Positions 9,601 through 18,591 of a DNA stretch of 48,211 nucleotides are shown piece after piece; the stretch's first letter is position 1; the number at the start of each line of letters is the position of its first letter. Location: the NCBI GenBank assembly GCA_043758125.1, contig JAYVOC010000246.1:1-48211 (forward strand). The letters are read 5' to 3'. The notes below the pieces were generated by a model that worked only from the letters and a program-made list of their open reading frames with translations, was not told where the DNA came from and made no database searches. The stretch comes from Bacteroidota bacterium (GTDB lineage: Bacteria > Bacteroidota > Bacteroidia > AKYH767-A > OLB10). The position numbers and the translations under genes are program-made.

Positions 9601-10764
9601 AATCCAGGTTCTTATGGAATTACTTTAACTGTAACAAATTTGAATAACGTATGTAGTACAACAAAAACAGATACTGTTTTAATAAATACAATTCCTACTG
9701 CAAGTTTTCATAGAGATTCTACATGTGTAAATACATCTTTACAATTGTTCGATTTAAGTTCAATAAGTACTGGGAATATAAATACTTGGAAATGGACATT
9801 TGGAAGTTATGGAAATTCGAATCTACAAAATCCAGCCTTCAACCCAACTGTTACTGACTCAATACCTGTAAAATTACTTGTGCAATCAGCTGCAGGATGT
9901 AAGGATTCGGTTACAAAATATGTTAGCGTTTATCCATTACCAATAGTTAACTTTACTCCTTCTGTAACTTATGGTGGCCCGCCATTACCTGTAAGTTTTA
10001 CAAACTTATCTAACGCAGCATCTTATACATGGGATTTTGGTGACAATTCATCATTAGTAAGTCTGACTAATCCAGTTCATACTTTTACAGACACGGGATT
10101 CTTTCATATTACATTAATAGGAACTTCTGCCTATGGATGTGTAAATTCAGCAGCCAGATCTCTTTCTGTTCAGATACCAAATCTTGATTTAGCTATTGAA
10201 AATATTTCATTCACTGAAATAAATAATTTATGGCAGATAAAAGCAAGAGTTCGTAACGAGGGGAATGTTGATATAAGTAGTTTTGATTTGAATGCTAAAT
10301 TAGATGGTAAATCATTTATCAATGAAATCTTCGATGCTGATTCCATTTTAGCCGGAAAGGAAATGGACATTTCATTTAAATCAAGATTTACTGTCGACAA
10401 TAATGATAATCCTGGTTATTTATGTTTGGAAATAGGAACAGTAAATGGAATTCAGGATGATGATCTTTCTGATAATCAAAAATGCATTACTACTGGTAAA
10501 GACTTTCAGGTATTTGAAGTTTATCCAAATCCATTTATTGATGAAATAAATTTCGGATTGAATATCCCTACCGAAGGCTTGGTAGCAGTAAATCTATTTA
10601 ATCTCAACGGACAGCGAATGAAAAATGCTTATGAGCGAACGCTTTCGAGAGGTTATAATAGCATTATTATAGATGGATCAGGAATGGAAGCAGGAGTATA
10701 CATTGCTGAAATCCGTTATCTCGACAAGAGATTAATTAAAAAGCTTGTACGTTATAACAATTAA
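6658..10764 (+). CDS. PKD-repeat surface protein with T9SS type-A C-terminal sorting domain
   Basis: Signal peptide (MKYFLLVFSLFIAQ from the in-frame ATG at 6691). Six repeats of about 50 aa (res 95-381). Nine PKD-type modules, each with W-x-FGD/FGS plus ..GC.D/S. A CARDB-like module (NLDLAIENISF..VRNEGNVDIS). T9SS CTD (VYPNPFIDEINF...GVYIAEIRY). Confidence 0.9.
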   Translation: MSKFDYPNYNRMKYFLLVFSLFIAQFSNVFGQCPIASFQLPDSICSGGSVTVVNATTSTGPVHYSYDFCSGDLEKAPVSTLVGNFSMLSQGLGNDVVFDGTDYYLFVVNLGSSIIRFDFGNSLLNTPVPTNLGNIGGLIGGCADLKVVSANGQWYGFVISNVATFTRIDFGSSLTNATPTATSINTVGGALNQPYYMNFYESDGHYYALAANTGSSSVTTFDFGTDITNTSPGIGNNTVPGTVGAAAIAKICNNLYVFTAFLGSASITRLEFGTSFANSAAIQKPITINGSIPASREIELATDNGQWYAFMGSLSGSELSIVRFGNNLLSDTANATTTSGANGAFSNGDDGFCLKKFGTDWYGFSVGIGTNDIHRFTFPNTCFSSLSTSTDPSPLSFNLNGGGYQYMSVFVNDSTGDYTYNDSIFINPVPDAGYTVSAACQGGIINFTDTSTISSGSISSTAWDFGDTNTANGTTVQHAYTVATSYTVTLSTTSDKGCTSTVQQLLNVHENPVSDFSFTNNQCAYSDVPFNDLSTSNDGSITNWNWNFGDTVTSILNSPTHPFAPDGNYTVQLIITSSTGCSDTSSQNIQIIPGPLALFTVANTCLGETAQFSNGSSIGGGIGINYDWDFGDLNTSTSINPTNNYSNSAADYSVQLIATATNGCTDTLAKVIHIGEKPVPVFKYAPDTACVGNIVLFTDSSYVLPGENIIARYWDFGDNTYDSLSINPSHTYLTSGTYIVKLTVLSPTYCDSSITHSIFVINSPVANFTTSNVCFGLPTPFLDQSTSPSGSTISSWEWIFGDLDTVNVNNPSHNYSIPGTYSATLNIISSSGCNSGITKQLTVYDLPSVHFGISKACTNSPVLFTDSSTTSSGTLSAWNWTFGDNSAPSSIQNTQHSYINSGAYPITLISTNSFGCMDSLKKFVIVDSSPLFTISALDNCFRALTTFQYVATGTPLPNAGYLWDFGDNTAAFNANPIHLYLNPGSYGITLTVTNLNNVCSTTKTDTVLINTIPTASFHRDSTCVNTSLQLFDLSSISTGNINTWKWTFGSYGNSNLQNPAFNPTVTDSIPVKLLVQSAAGCKDSVTKYVSVYPLPIVNFTPSVTYGGPPLPVSFTNLSNAASYTWDFGDNSSLVSLTNPVHTFTDTGFFHITLIGTSAYGCVNSAARSLSVQIPNLDLAIENISFTEINNLWQIKARVRNEGNVDISSFDLNAKLDGKSFINEIFDADSILAGKEMDISFKSRFTVDNNDNPGYLCLEIGTVNGIQDDDLSDNQKCITTGKDFQVFEVYPNPFIDEINFGLNIPTEGLVAVNLFNLNGQRMKNAYERTLSRGYNSIIIDGSGMEAGVYIAEIRYLDKRLIKKLVRYNN

Positions 10765-10768
10765 TTTC

Positions 10769-11695
10769 TTAAGTGAATGCTTCATTTTTAGGCTGTCGTC
10801 TTAAGCCAACGCAGTTTAGAATAAAGTATTTTATTATTACAAGAAAACGACGTTCGAAAATACATGCTGGATAATTCTTTATTGCCTTTACTAAGAACTT
10901 TAAAGAGGCTATAACTTTTCCAGCCAGTAAGAGATGTAAAGCAATATATGTATCGAAATAAGAATACATAATTACCTTCATTTTACCGAACTCTTTACTT
11001 ACGAGTTCATCATCGAAAGCAAAACCAATTGAAAGATATTTGCGAAGTAAAAGTTTTAATTCATCAGTTTGAATTACACTTCTCTCTTCATGTATTACAA
11101 GTGCTGATGAAACCCTTTGATCGAAAATAATTTTGTAACGTGCAGCAAGTCGCAACCACAATTCCCAATCTTCACTTCCAGAAAGATGGCGATTTTCATT
11201 AAACAAATTCATTTTAATAATATCATTTCTAACAAAGACACCCATACAACTAAGTGGGTTTCCTTTTGCCAGATTCAACATAAAATTATTTTCCATCCAA
11301 GCCATGCGAACAGGCTTACCTTGACTTCTTTTTATCTCATAACCTAAATGTAACCATGAAACATCATCATTGTTTAATATAGTTTCATAAGCATTTGATA
11401 AATAATCTGGATAAAGCAAATCATCAGAATCACAAAAAGTAATGTATTTGCCAATTGCTTTAATAATTCCGAAATTCCGTGCTGCAGCTCGTTCGGCATT
11501 ATTTTTTTTATAATAATGAACGAATGAATTTAAATAAAGCTTAACAACATTTTCTGTATCGTCAGTACTTCCATCATCAACGATGATCAACTCATAATCT
11601 TTATACTTCTGACTTAAAACTGATTCAATTGTTTTTCCGATTAAATGCATCCTATTATAAGTAGGAATAACAATTGAAAAGAATGGTGAATTCAT
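10769..11695 (-). CDS. Glycosyltransferase family 2
   Basis: FSIVIPTYNRMHLIGKTIESVLSQ, ELIIVDDGSTDDT, AAARNFGI, FCDSDD, GSEDWELWLR. Confidence 0.9.
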   Translation of the reverse strand: MNSPFFSIVIPTYNRMHLIGKTIESVLSQKYKDYELIIVDDGSTDDTENVVKLYLNSFVHYYKKNNAERAAARNFGIIKAIGKYITFCDSDDLLYPDYLSNAYETILNNDDVSWLHLGYEIKRSQGKPVRMAWMENNFMLNLAKGNPLSCMGVFVRNDIIKMNLFNENRHLSGSEDWELWLRLAARYKIIFDQRVSSALVIHEERSVIQTDELKLLLRKYLSIGFAFDDELVSKEFGKMKVIMYSYFDTYIALHLLLAGKVIASLKFLVKAIKNYPACIFERRFLVIIKYFILNCVGLRRQPKNEAFT

Positions 11696-11710
11696 AATAC
11701 TACTCAGTAA

Positions 11711-13483
11711 TCAATTAATAACAGTAGTATTCACCTGAAACAAGGAAGCATCTTCCTTTAACATCCGCTGCATGCGTGTTGCAATCACGGCACGAAAAGC
11801 CAACTGATTAAAATCTGCTTTGTATTTAAATAAATCTCTTCGCAAAAGTTTTTTTAGTTGCCACGGGACGTACGCTTTTAACCACAATGCATATCCAGTA
11901 TTAGTAACATTTACAAGGCTATCATTCACTTTAAGATTTTGTTGATTCCAATTAATAAATTTTGATCCTAATAAATTTCTGCAATCCTGAGATGATAGTT
12001 CATCAAGCATTAGTCCAACAATACGTGCTGATTTTAAAATAGAAGAAGCTTCAGGGATTGATGCTTTTCGTGCTATTGGAATATCAGGAATCAAGCTAGC
12101 AACATGTCGGGAATAAATATTTTTATTTGTTCTTGACTGATCAGGCAATTGTTTTGAAAAGGTTATCAGATCATCATGTAATAAGGGATTAATTACTTCC
12201 ATATATGGCTGAACAAGATCATGCAAAGCAGTAAGTACATAAGGTAAACGAAACTCGCGATATAAGCGATCTCGCCAAGTCTCAAGGCTTTCTTCAGGAT
12301 ACTGATTAAATTCTTCAGGATAAAACTGTGGTTCCAGGTCAAACTCTCTTAATGGTTTCATATTGGCATTATCTTCCATCAAGTGATAATCCAAAGAGAT
12401 TCTTACGTCCTGTTCTGTACGCGACGGCAACCATCCAAAGACCTCATCTGCACGAATAACATTTCGGAATCCTTCTTTATAAAGTTGTTGCCACATTTGA
12501 AAACCATCCATAAAGGAATTGATATGATCCAGTCTTCCCTCTGCGAGTTTCAAGAAATTATCAAGCAGTGGCTCAAAAGAAGGCTCTTTAAAATCAGTGG
12601 CAAAATAACGGTGATTGACATTTAATTTAGCAGCAATAAGTCCTGCAATATGAGAATCAGTATCTACTTCATTTGCTGCAGAAGATAATCCCCACGTTGC
12701 CGTTGGAACTTTCTGTCCGAATTTTACGAGATAATACAAAACAACCCTTGAGTCGTACCCGCCTGAAAGAGTTAAAATTGATTTCGGTAAAGAGTTAACT
12801 TTTCTTACATCAGAAAAAACCCTTTCCATCAATTCATTCAGTTGCTCTCTTTGTTCGTTTGGAGATAATTCGGGAATATTTTTTTCAGGAGTTGATCTGA
12901 CTTTTACTTCTAGCTTCCAGCCATTCTTATCTAGTTTTATTATCTGCGCTGCTCCTAAATGTTTGATTCTGCTATCCCACGAATTTCCAGGTCCTAGATT
13001 TCCTGTCGAGAGCATCCATGAAATAGCTTGCGCATTACTCTCGAAGGACCCTAGCCATGAAACGATTGCTCTCTGCGATGTTGAAACAATAAAATGTTGT
13101 TCGTCAAAATAATACCAAACTGATCTGCTTGCCACTTGATTAGCCATTAGAGTGCAGTTATTCTCATTCGTCGACATCATAAAAGAAGAAGATGCAGGCA
13201 TTTCCTCTCTTTCCCACCAGTTATTAGGAGCTTCTGTTAAAAGTCCGCAACAAACACTCATATCATGAACATGAATACCAGAATTATCAGAAGTAAGGTA
13301 GAACGCATGCCTATCGTCTGCCTTCATTAAAATTTGCTGCTCCTGTAACAAAGGATACGAAAGATACTTTGCCAGCTTATTAAGCTTTTGAGAGAGGTGT
13401 TCCTTCCCTCCTTCCGAAACAGAGTGGCATATGACTAAAAAAACATTTGACATGGAAATACCGATGGGTTTATTCTCACACAA
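11711..13483 (-). CDS. Asparagine synthase-related PP-loop protein lacking a canonical N-terminal Cys-Gly nucleophile
   Basis: PP-loop LTLSGGYDSRVVLYYL. AsnB-like N-domain remnants (SRSVWYYFDEQHFIVSTSQRAI). The ORF opens with TTG-TGT-GAG (M-C-E), not MCG. The alternative ATG at 13453 gives MSNVFLV. Confidence 0.75.
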   Translation of the reverse strand: MCENKPIGISMSNVFLVICHSVSEGGKEHLSQKLNKLAKYLSYPLLQEQQILMKADDRHAFYLTSDNSGIHVHDMSVCCGLLTEAPNNWWEREEMPASSSFMMSTNENNCTLMANQVASRSVWYYFDEQHFIVSTSQRAIVSWLGSFESNAQAISWMLSTGNLGPGNSWDSRIKHLGAAQIIKLDKNGWKLEVKVRSTPEKNIPELSPNEQREQLNELMERVFSDVRKVNSLPKSILTLSGGYDSRVVLYYLVKFGQKVPTATWGLSSAANEVDTDSHIAGLIAAKLNVNHRYFATDFKEPSFEPLLDNFLKLAEGRLDHINSFMDGFQMWQQLYKEGFRNVIRADEVFGWLPSRTEQDVRISLDYHLMEDNANMKPLREFDLEPQFYPEEFNQYPEESLETWRDRLYREFRLPYVLTALHDLVQPYMEVINPLLHDDLITFSKQLPDQSRTNKNIYSRHVASLIPDIPIARKASIPEASSILKSARIVGLMLDELSSQDCRNLLGSKFINWNQQNLKVNDSLVNVTNTGYALWLKAYVPWQLKKLLRRDLFKYKADFNQLAFRAVIATRMQRMLKEDASLFQVNTTVIN

Positions 13484-13508
13484 TGATAGCGAAAATCTCG
13501 CTGATGAC

Positions 13509-14408
13509 TCAGGAAGATTTTAAAAGGATATTTTTAATAATTGAAAATGAACGCTTACTGAAACAGAAAAAAGGAAATTGCACAAACGCTTTGAACCAAT
13601 AATTCAAAGAAATCTTTGTTTTACCTTCTAAAGATGCGTGTAGAGAAATATAACTGTACCTATTCGAAAAGAAATATCGCTTGCGTCGACCAAGAAAATG
13701 AGAGACCTCTTTACTATTTTTAGAAAGATGCACAAAAAGTAAAATACGTTGTTCAATTTTTCGAATATCCATTTCGGCCATACTTCTGCCCTCGTGTTCA
13801 ACCATTACGGTTGTAACTTGAGGGAAATGACGAAGTTTATTTTCGGAAGCTATACGCAACCAAAGTTCGTAATCTTCTGTTCCTGATAAGCCTCTAATCT
13901 CTGAAAACGGGTGTGCCTTTGCCATTCTTTGGCTCATTACAACACCTGCACAACCAATTACGTTTGTGGAGATCAAGACTGAATTAAGAACAGCTGGTAA
14001 TTTACTTGATTTTCGAACCAGATTACCTGCTTCGTCTCTGAATTCGTAGTTTAGATGCAGGAACTCTATAGTGGGATTATTATTAATAATCGATAATGCA
14101 GTTGAAAGATGGTCGGGTAAGAGATAATCATCGGAATCGAGTAACGCGATGAATTTTCCTTTAGCCATCTGTATACCTGTATTTCTGGCAGCTCCTCGTT
14201 CACGATTTTCTGTTTTGATATATCGAATTCGAGGATCCTCAAAGGCAGCAATTACTTCTGCTGTATTATCAGTACTTCCGTCGTCTACAAAAATAAGCTC
14301 CCAGTCGGGAAATGTTTGCGAGAGAACAGATTTATGCGCAATGCCAATAAGCGAAGCCCTGTCATAACATGGGATAACAATCGAAAACATAACAGAATTA
14401 TCCTTCAT
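13509..14408 (-). CDS. Glycosyltransferase family 2
   Basis: FSIVIPCYDRASLIGIAHKSVLSQ, ELIFVDDGSTDNT, GAARNTGI, LLDSDD, GTEDYELWLR. Clear paralog of 10769-11695. Confidence 0.9.
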   Translation of the reverse strand: MKDNSVMFSIVIPCYDRASLIGIAHKSVLSQTFPDWELIFVDDGSTDNTAEVIAAFEDPRIRYIKTENRERGAARNTGIQMAKGKFIALLDSDDYLLPDHLSTALSIINNNPTIEFLHLNYEFRDEAGNLVRKSSKLPAVLNSVLISTNVIGCAGVVMSQRMAKAHPFSEIRGLSGTEDYELWLRIASENKLRHFPQVTTVMVEHEGRSMAEMDIRKIEQRILLFVHLSKNSKEVSHFLGRRKRYFFSNRYSYISLHASLEGKTKISLNYWFKAFVQFPFFCFSKRSFSIIKNILLKSS

Positions 14409-15579
14409 AACATTCTAATGTTTTTTCAATCATCATCTTTATTCCAAATTGCTTTTGAACTGCATTAAATCCTTCAACTGCCTCTTGTTGTGCTTCTGCA
14501 AGGTTCAGAACTATTTTGCGTAATGCAAAGTAAATTGCATCTGTATCACAAAATGGTACAATCGTGAAATTTTTTTCATTCTTTTCAAATTCCTTAGCAA
14601 TTCCTGAAAGCGTAAATATTGAAGGACAATTTGCTGCCAATGCCTCTATGTACACCTGCCCGAATGCTTCACTGTGATCATCAATTGGCACATGAACAAA
14701 AACGTTGAACATCTTAAATAAAGCTGGGCTATCCTTTTCAAAGACAATTTCCCGATAAGAGTTTTCAGGCAAATCGTTTAGTAACTCTTTTATCTCCTTA
14801 GCATAATCACCAGTTGCATTTGCTAAAACTAAAAACGCATTTGGGAATTCTATGATGATTTTTTTGAATGCTGGTATTACATATTGAATTCCTTTCCAAT
14901 GTGTATATCTAGAAATCATACCTATAACAAAACGATTTTCTGTAATTGAATATTTTTGTTTAATCGAATCAATGCGAGAAGTAGGTACATTATTAAAATA
15001 GAGCAAATCGAATCCATGAGAGATAACAGTAATTTTTTCTGCTTTAACTTTTTCCCTATCAATTAAAATATTTTTTATGTTTTCAGATATAGCAATAATT
15101 TTTGTTGAGAGCTTATTTATAAATAAATCATATTTTATAGCTTGTTGAAAATATTCATGATGCATCGAAGCATGATGACGTGTATGGATTCTTTGTTTAA
15201 TACGTAACAACCAAGCGGCACTCAATCCAATTAAAGATGCGTCAAATAAATGAGTATGAATCAATGAAGGACGAATGGTGAATATTTCAGAGAAGGTTTT
15301 AATAAACGCCAAAGGAATATCCTTTTTACCCTGATATTTTATCCACTTCGTTTTATACCCAAGTTGCACGCAGTATTTTTGCAATTCAGGAGTTTTAGGA
15401 TGCAAAAAAATAATATGAATGGGTGTATGCTTAGCATATAACTCTCTGAAAAACCATTCCAACGCAAGGCTTTTATCAACTTGTGAAATTACATATAGCC
15501 AAGGTTCAGAAGGTGTTGTTTTTTCTTCCATTGAATTATTATGCAGCCTTGTGATAACCTTTATAAATATTTGCACCAA
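14398..15579 (-). CDS. Glycosyltransferase family 4 (GT-B, Glycos_transf_1 type)
   Basis: C-terminal EAFGQVYIEALAANCPSI motif. The likely true start is ATG 15531 (MEEKTTPSEPW), which removes the 41-nt overlap with the upstream gene. Confidence 0.85.
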   Translation of the reverse strand: MVQIFIKVITRLHNNSMEEKTTPSEPWLYVISQVDKSLALEWFFRELYAKHTPIHIIFLHPKTPELQKYCVQLGYKTKWIKYQGKKDIPLAFIKTFSEIFTIRPSLIHTHLFDASLIGLSAAWLLRIKQRIHTRHHASMHHEYFQQAIKYDLFINKLSTKIIAISENIKNILIDREKVKAEKITVISHGFDLLYFNNVPTSRIDSIKQKYSITENRFVIGMISRYTHWKGIQYVIPAFKKIIIEFPNAFLVLANATGDYAKEIKELLNDLPENSYREIVFEKDSPALFKMFNVFVHVPIDDHSEAFGQVYIEALAANCPSIFTLSGIAKEFEKNEKNFTIVPFCDTDAIYFALRKIVLNLAEAQQEAVEGFNAVQKQFGIKMMIEKTLECYEG

Positions 15580-16456
15580 TCAATACATTGCACAACTTAA
15601 AATATATTTTATCCAATGATGTTTGTGAGGTCCAATGATCGGCAATAAACAAAAGCAGTGGTTGAATTAATAATATGCAACGGTAAGCATTGGCTTTAAG
15701 AAACGAATAATTTATTTTCTGATCCACATAACCAATACTTACAGCATGTCGCCGTGTTATTGAATTATTTAATGTACGAACAAGAAATCCTCTTAAATTA
15801 GTTTTATTTACTTCATTATGTAAAGCAGTAAAACGAGGTTCAATAAAGCAAGGAATATTTTCTTTAAGAACACGTACAGAGAAATCATAATCTTCAAATC
15901 CTGCAAGAGGAAAAGTAGCGTTGTATCCATTTACGTGTTTATACACTTCTGCAGGAATTAACAAAGTAGCTCCTGCTAATCCCGAAGCTCGGAAAAGATC
16001 ATTGTCGTTCCACTTTGTGCCTTTACACCAACCTTTCATTGTTGTAAAATCGATATGTTCCAGGAAACGGCCAAAGGATTGTTTCCTTATTTGCTCGATT
16101 AGATATGGAGGATATACCCAGTTGAAATTAAAAACAGCATCTGGGAATTCCTCATGGAGTTTTAGTGCTTGATTAAAGAGGAGTTTATCGATCCACATGT
16201 CATCATCCAAAAACCAAAGTAAAGATGACTTTGCTAGAGTGGCACCATAATTTCTTGCAGAAGCAACACCTGAGAATGGATTATTGACTACTCTAAAACA
16301 CTCATTGAATGCCGATAAATCAATCGATGCAGTTATCGAATCATTAATGATAATTACCTCAGCATCTACTCCAGATATGCTCTCCTGTAATTTCTCAAGT
16401 GACTGAATTAAAATTTCGATGCGATCCTTAGTAGGAATGATGATACTTATTTCCAA
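15539..16456 (-). CDS. Glycosyltransferase family 2
   Basis: ISIIIPTKDRIEIL, VIIINDS, SARNYGA, FLDDDMW, FEDYDFSVR. Confidence 0.85.
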   Translation of the reverse strand: MEISIIIPTKDRIEILIQSLEKLQESISGVDAEVIIINDSITASIDLSAFNECFRVVNNPFSGVASARNYGATLAKSSLLWFLDDDMWIDKLLFNQALKLHEEFPDAVFNFNWVYPPYLIEQIRKQSFGRFLEHIDFTTMKGWCKGTKWNDNDLFRASGLAGATLLIPAEVYKHVNGYNATFPLAGFEDYDFSVRVLKENIPCFIEPRFTALHNEVNKTNLRGFLVRTLNNSITRRHAVSIGYVDQKINYSFLKANAYRCILLIQPLLLFIADHWTSQTSLDKIYFKLCNVLIGANIYKGYHKAA

Positions 16457-16596
16457 TAGTTGATTAGTTTAACCCAATGACAAAATTAAGTAATAAACCT
16501 AAGACCAGAAGGCTGAAAGGATCAACATTTACATGATTAAAAAGCAAAAAAAAACTGTGCCATTATCTGACACCGCTTTTCAATTTTATCACAAAT

Positions 16597-18399
16597 TTAT
16601 TTTGTTATCGTCATCAGTTTAGCATCGATTTGTTTTCCATCGATAATAAGATGATAAACATAAGTTCCCTGACTAAGGAAATTAGCATTTATTTCTACTT
16701 GGCCTATTCCCTTTGTTAAAATTGCAAAAGATTTTAATGCAGCACCATCCAACGTATAAAGATTAATCATCGCATTTATAGCATAAGAAGGTACATAGAA
16801 TTTAATAACTGTTTTTTCCGAAAACGGATTAGGAATATTTTGTTCGAGTTTCAGAGCATCGTTCTTAATATCACTGTTTGCTAATTTATCCTGATACGAT
16901 GAGCAACATTGAGTAAGAGCGTTTTCAAATTCCGATTGTTTTTGTTTTATTAAAGTCAATTCATTTTTCAAATCATTTACTTCAATATTTTTTTCTTCTA
17001 TTTGCTGTTGTTGTTCTTAAATAGCTTCACTTAAAACGGGAATAATCATATTATAATTTACCGAGTAAAAACCGTTTTCATTTAATGCAACAGTTTCTGG
17101 AATAATTTTTATTAAATCCTGCGCCAGAAAACCAACTTGAGGAAGATTATCAAATTTCGTTGTTGTTGTATTTTCCTGCTTCCATGAATATGTTTTAGCA
17201 TTCTTCGCAAGTACTTTTTCCATGGCATTTTTCAACGGATGAATATCTGATTTCAATCGTTCATCAGATGTAGCTAAAAATGCCGTTGCCGTTGATACAT
17301 CTGCTACATCCAACTTTACAGTTCTAGAGGATGACACACCTGTTGAACCTTGAAATTGTGGATTTGATGAATAAGAAAATCCGCTAGTAACACCATTACC
17401 AACGCTTGTACCGTCATCATAAATTGGGCTACAATTTAGTTGTCCACTACCTTTCCAAATAGGTAGCGTCCCCGAATTATTACATACTTGAAATATAAGA
17501 TCATTTCAATAACTTACTCTCCCATTGAAATTATTCCAAATCAAAACTTTTGTGTCGCTTGCAGAAGGGAGATCTTCTAAGCGAACATCAGTTGATCCCG
17601 CACTTGCATCCATATCAGCAACAACAAAATTTCCTGCTGGTGTACTTGTACCTTTTCCGACCTTAAAACCACGAGTTTAAGTACCATCTCCAAGTACCAT
17701 GCATTCATCGCAATTAGCCGTAGAATAATAACCAATTGCATTGGCTTTAGTATGTTTTGCCATCGCAGAATATCCAGCATAAAAACCTAAAGCCATGTTG
17801 TTACTCTCTCCAGAATTTGAGAATCCTGCACTCTTCCAAAAAAAACTATTATTCGTACCACTTGTTAAATCGTATCTTGAGCTATTACAAAAAAAAGAAT
17901 TATTCGTCCCCGTACAATACTGACCAGAATGATAACCTAAAAACTACAACTACTTGCTGATCCATTAGATCCTTCATTTTGGCCAATAAACGTATTGTAA
18001 TTTCGTACAGTATTTGAATTACCTGACAATAAGCCAATATATGTATTTGCACTTTCTATTGTGGTACTATACCCAGACCCAATACCCATAAATCAATTAT
18101 TACTTCCAGTAGAAATTGAATATCCAGATTGATAACCATTAAAAGTATTAAAATTTCCTTAACTACTCGTTCCATTACCTGCTTTCTATCCAAAGTATGA
18201 ATTTGCATTACCAGTAGAATTATTTAGTCCTGCTGAAATGCCAATAAAGGTTGCGCATTGGGAGAGAGTCCAGCCGTAGCTGTAGAAGTTACAGGAGTTC
18301 CTGGCAGTGACGGATAGGCGCATCTGGATAAATAAATTGTGCTATTATGGCGTTAAATGCAAAAGCAAAGTATGCTAATAAATAAATTTTCTTTTTCAT
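16597..18399 (-). pseudogene. Decayed tail-fibre-like surface protein (signal peptide, G/N/S/T-rich repeats, peptidase S74 chaperone domain, coiled coil, T9SS CTD)
   Basis: ATG at 18399 gives MKKKIYLLAYFAFAFNAIIAQ, then TAA at 18289-18291. The repeat region (..NTFNGYQSGYS.., ..NTYIGLLSGNSN..) lies in another frame with in-frame stops at 18186-18188 (TAG), 18159-18161 (TAA), 18093-18095 (TGA) and 17937-17939 (TAG). The frame returns near 17940, with further stops at 17677-17679 (TAA), 17506-17508 (TGA) and 17017-17019 (TAA, SEAI*EQQQQIEE). S74 motif: SDERLKSDI..VGFLAQDLIKIIPE..YSVNYNMIIPVL. CTD: IPNPFSEKTVIKFYV..GTYVYHLIIDG. The track ORFs 16597..16971 and 17017..17337 are in-frame fragments of this gene. 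Confidence 0.8.
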
Positions 18400-18591
18400 T
18401 GTAATGAGATTTTAAGTTAAAAACAATTATTTGGCAAGAAATGAATAATAGACGCAATGTCCCCTTTGCTGAAAAAAAAATCGATTAGAAAAAACATGAA
18501 ATTTTGTAATTGAGTTAAAAAACACTTAAAGCAATGGATCTTATTAACAAAACTAAAACAATTCTGATTTATCAAAAAAAAGTTTCAGGTT

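Noticed and set aside
17017-17337. The peptidase S74 / tail-fibre chaperone domain as evidence of a prophage
   Set aside because: No capsid, portal, terminase, integrase or att-like repeats are nearby. The domain is fused in-frame to a signal peptide and a T9SS CTD, so it is a cellular surface protein.
17838-17896. Two 8-nt homopolymer tracts (17838-17845, 17889-17896) as slipped-strand phase-variation switches
   Set aside because: Correcting tract length would not restore the ORF because of the additional nonsense codons up- and downstream.
17577-17960. ORFs 17577..17780 (-) and 17757..17960 (+) as genes
   Set aside because: They are out-of-frame or antisense fragments inside the pseudogene remnant.
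16597-18399. In-frame TAA, TAG and TGA codons as possible stop-codon reassignment or programmed readthrough
   Set aside because: All three stop codons occur inside this one gene, alongside frameshifts. Every neighbouring gene terminates normally. Ordinary pseudogenisation or local sequence error is the simpler explanation.
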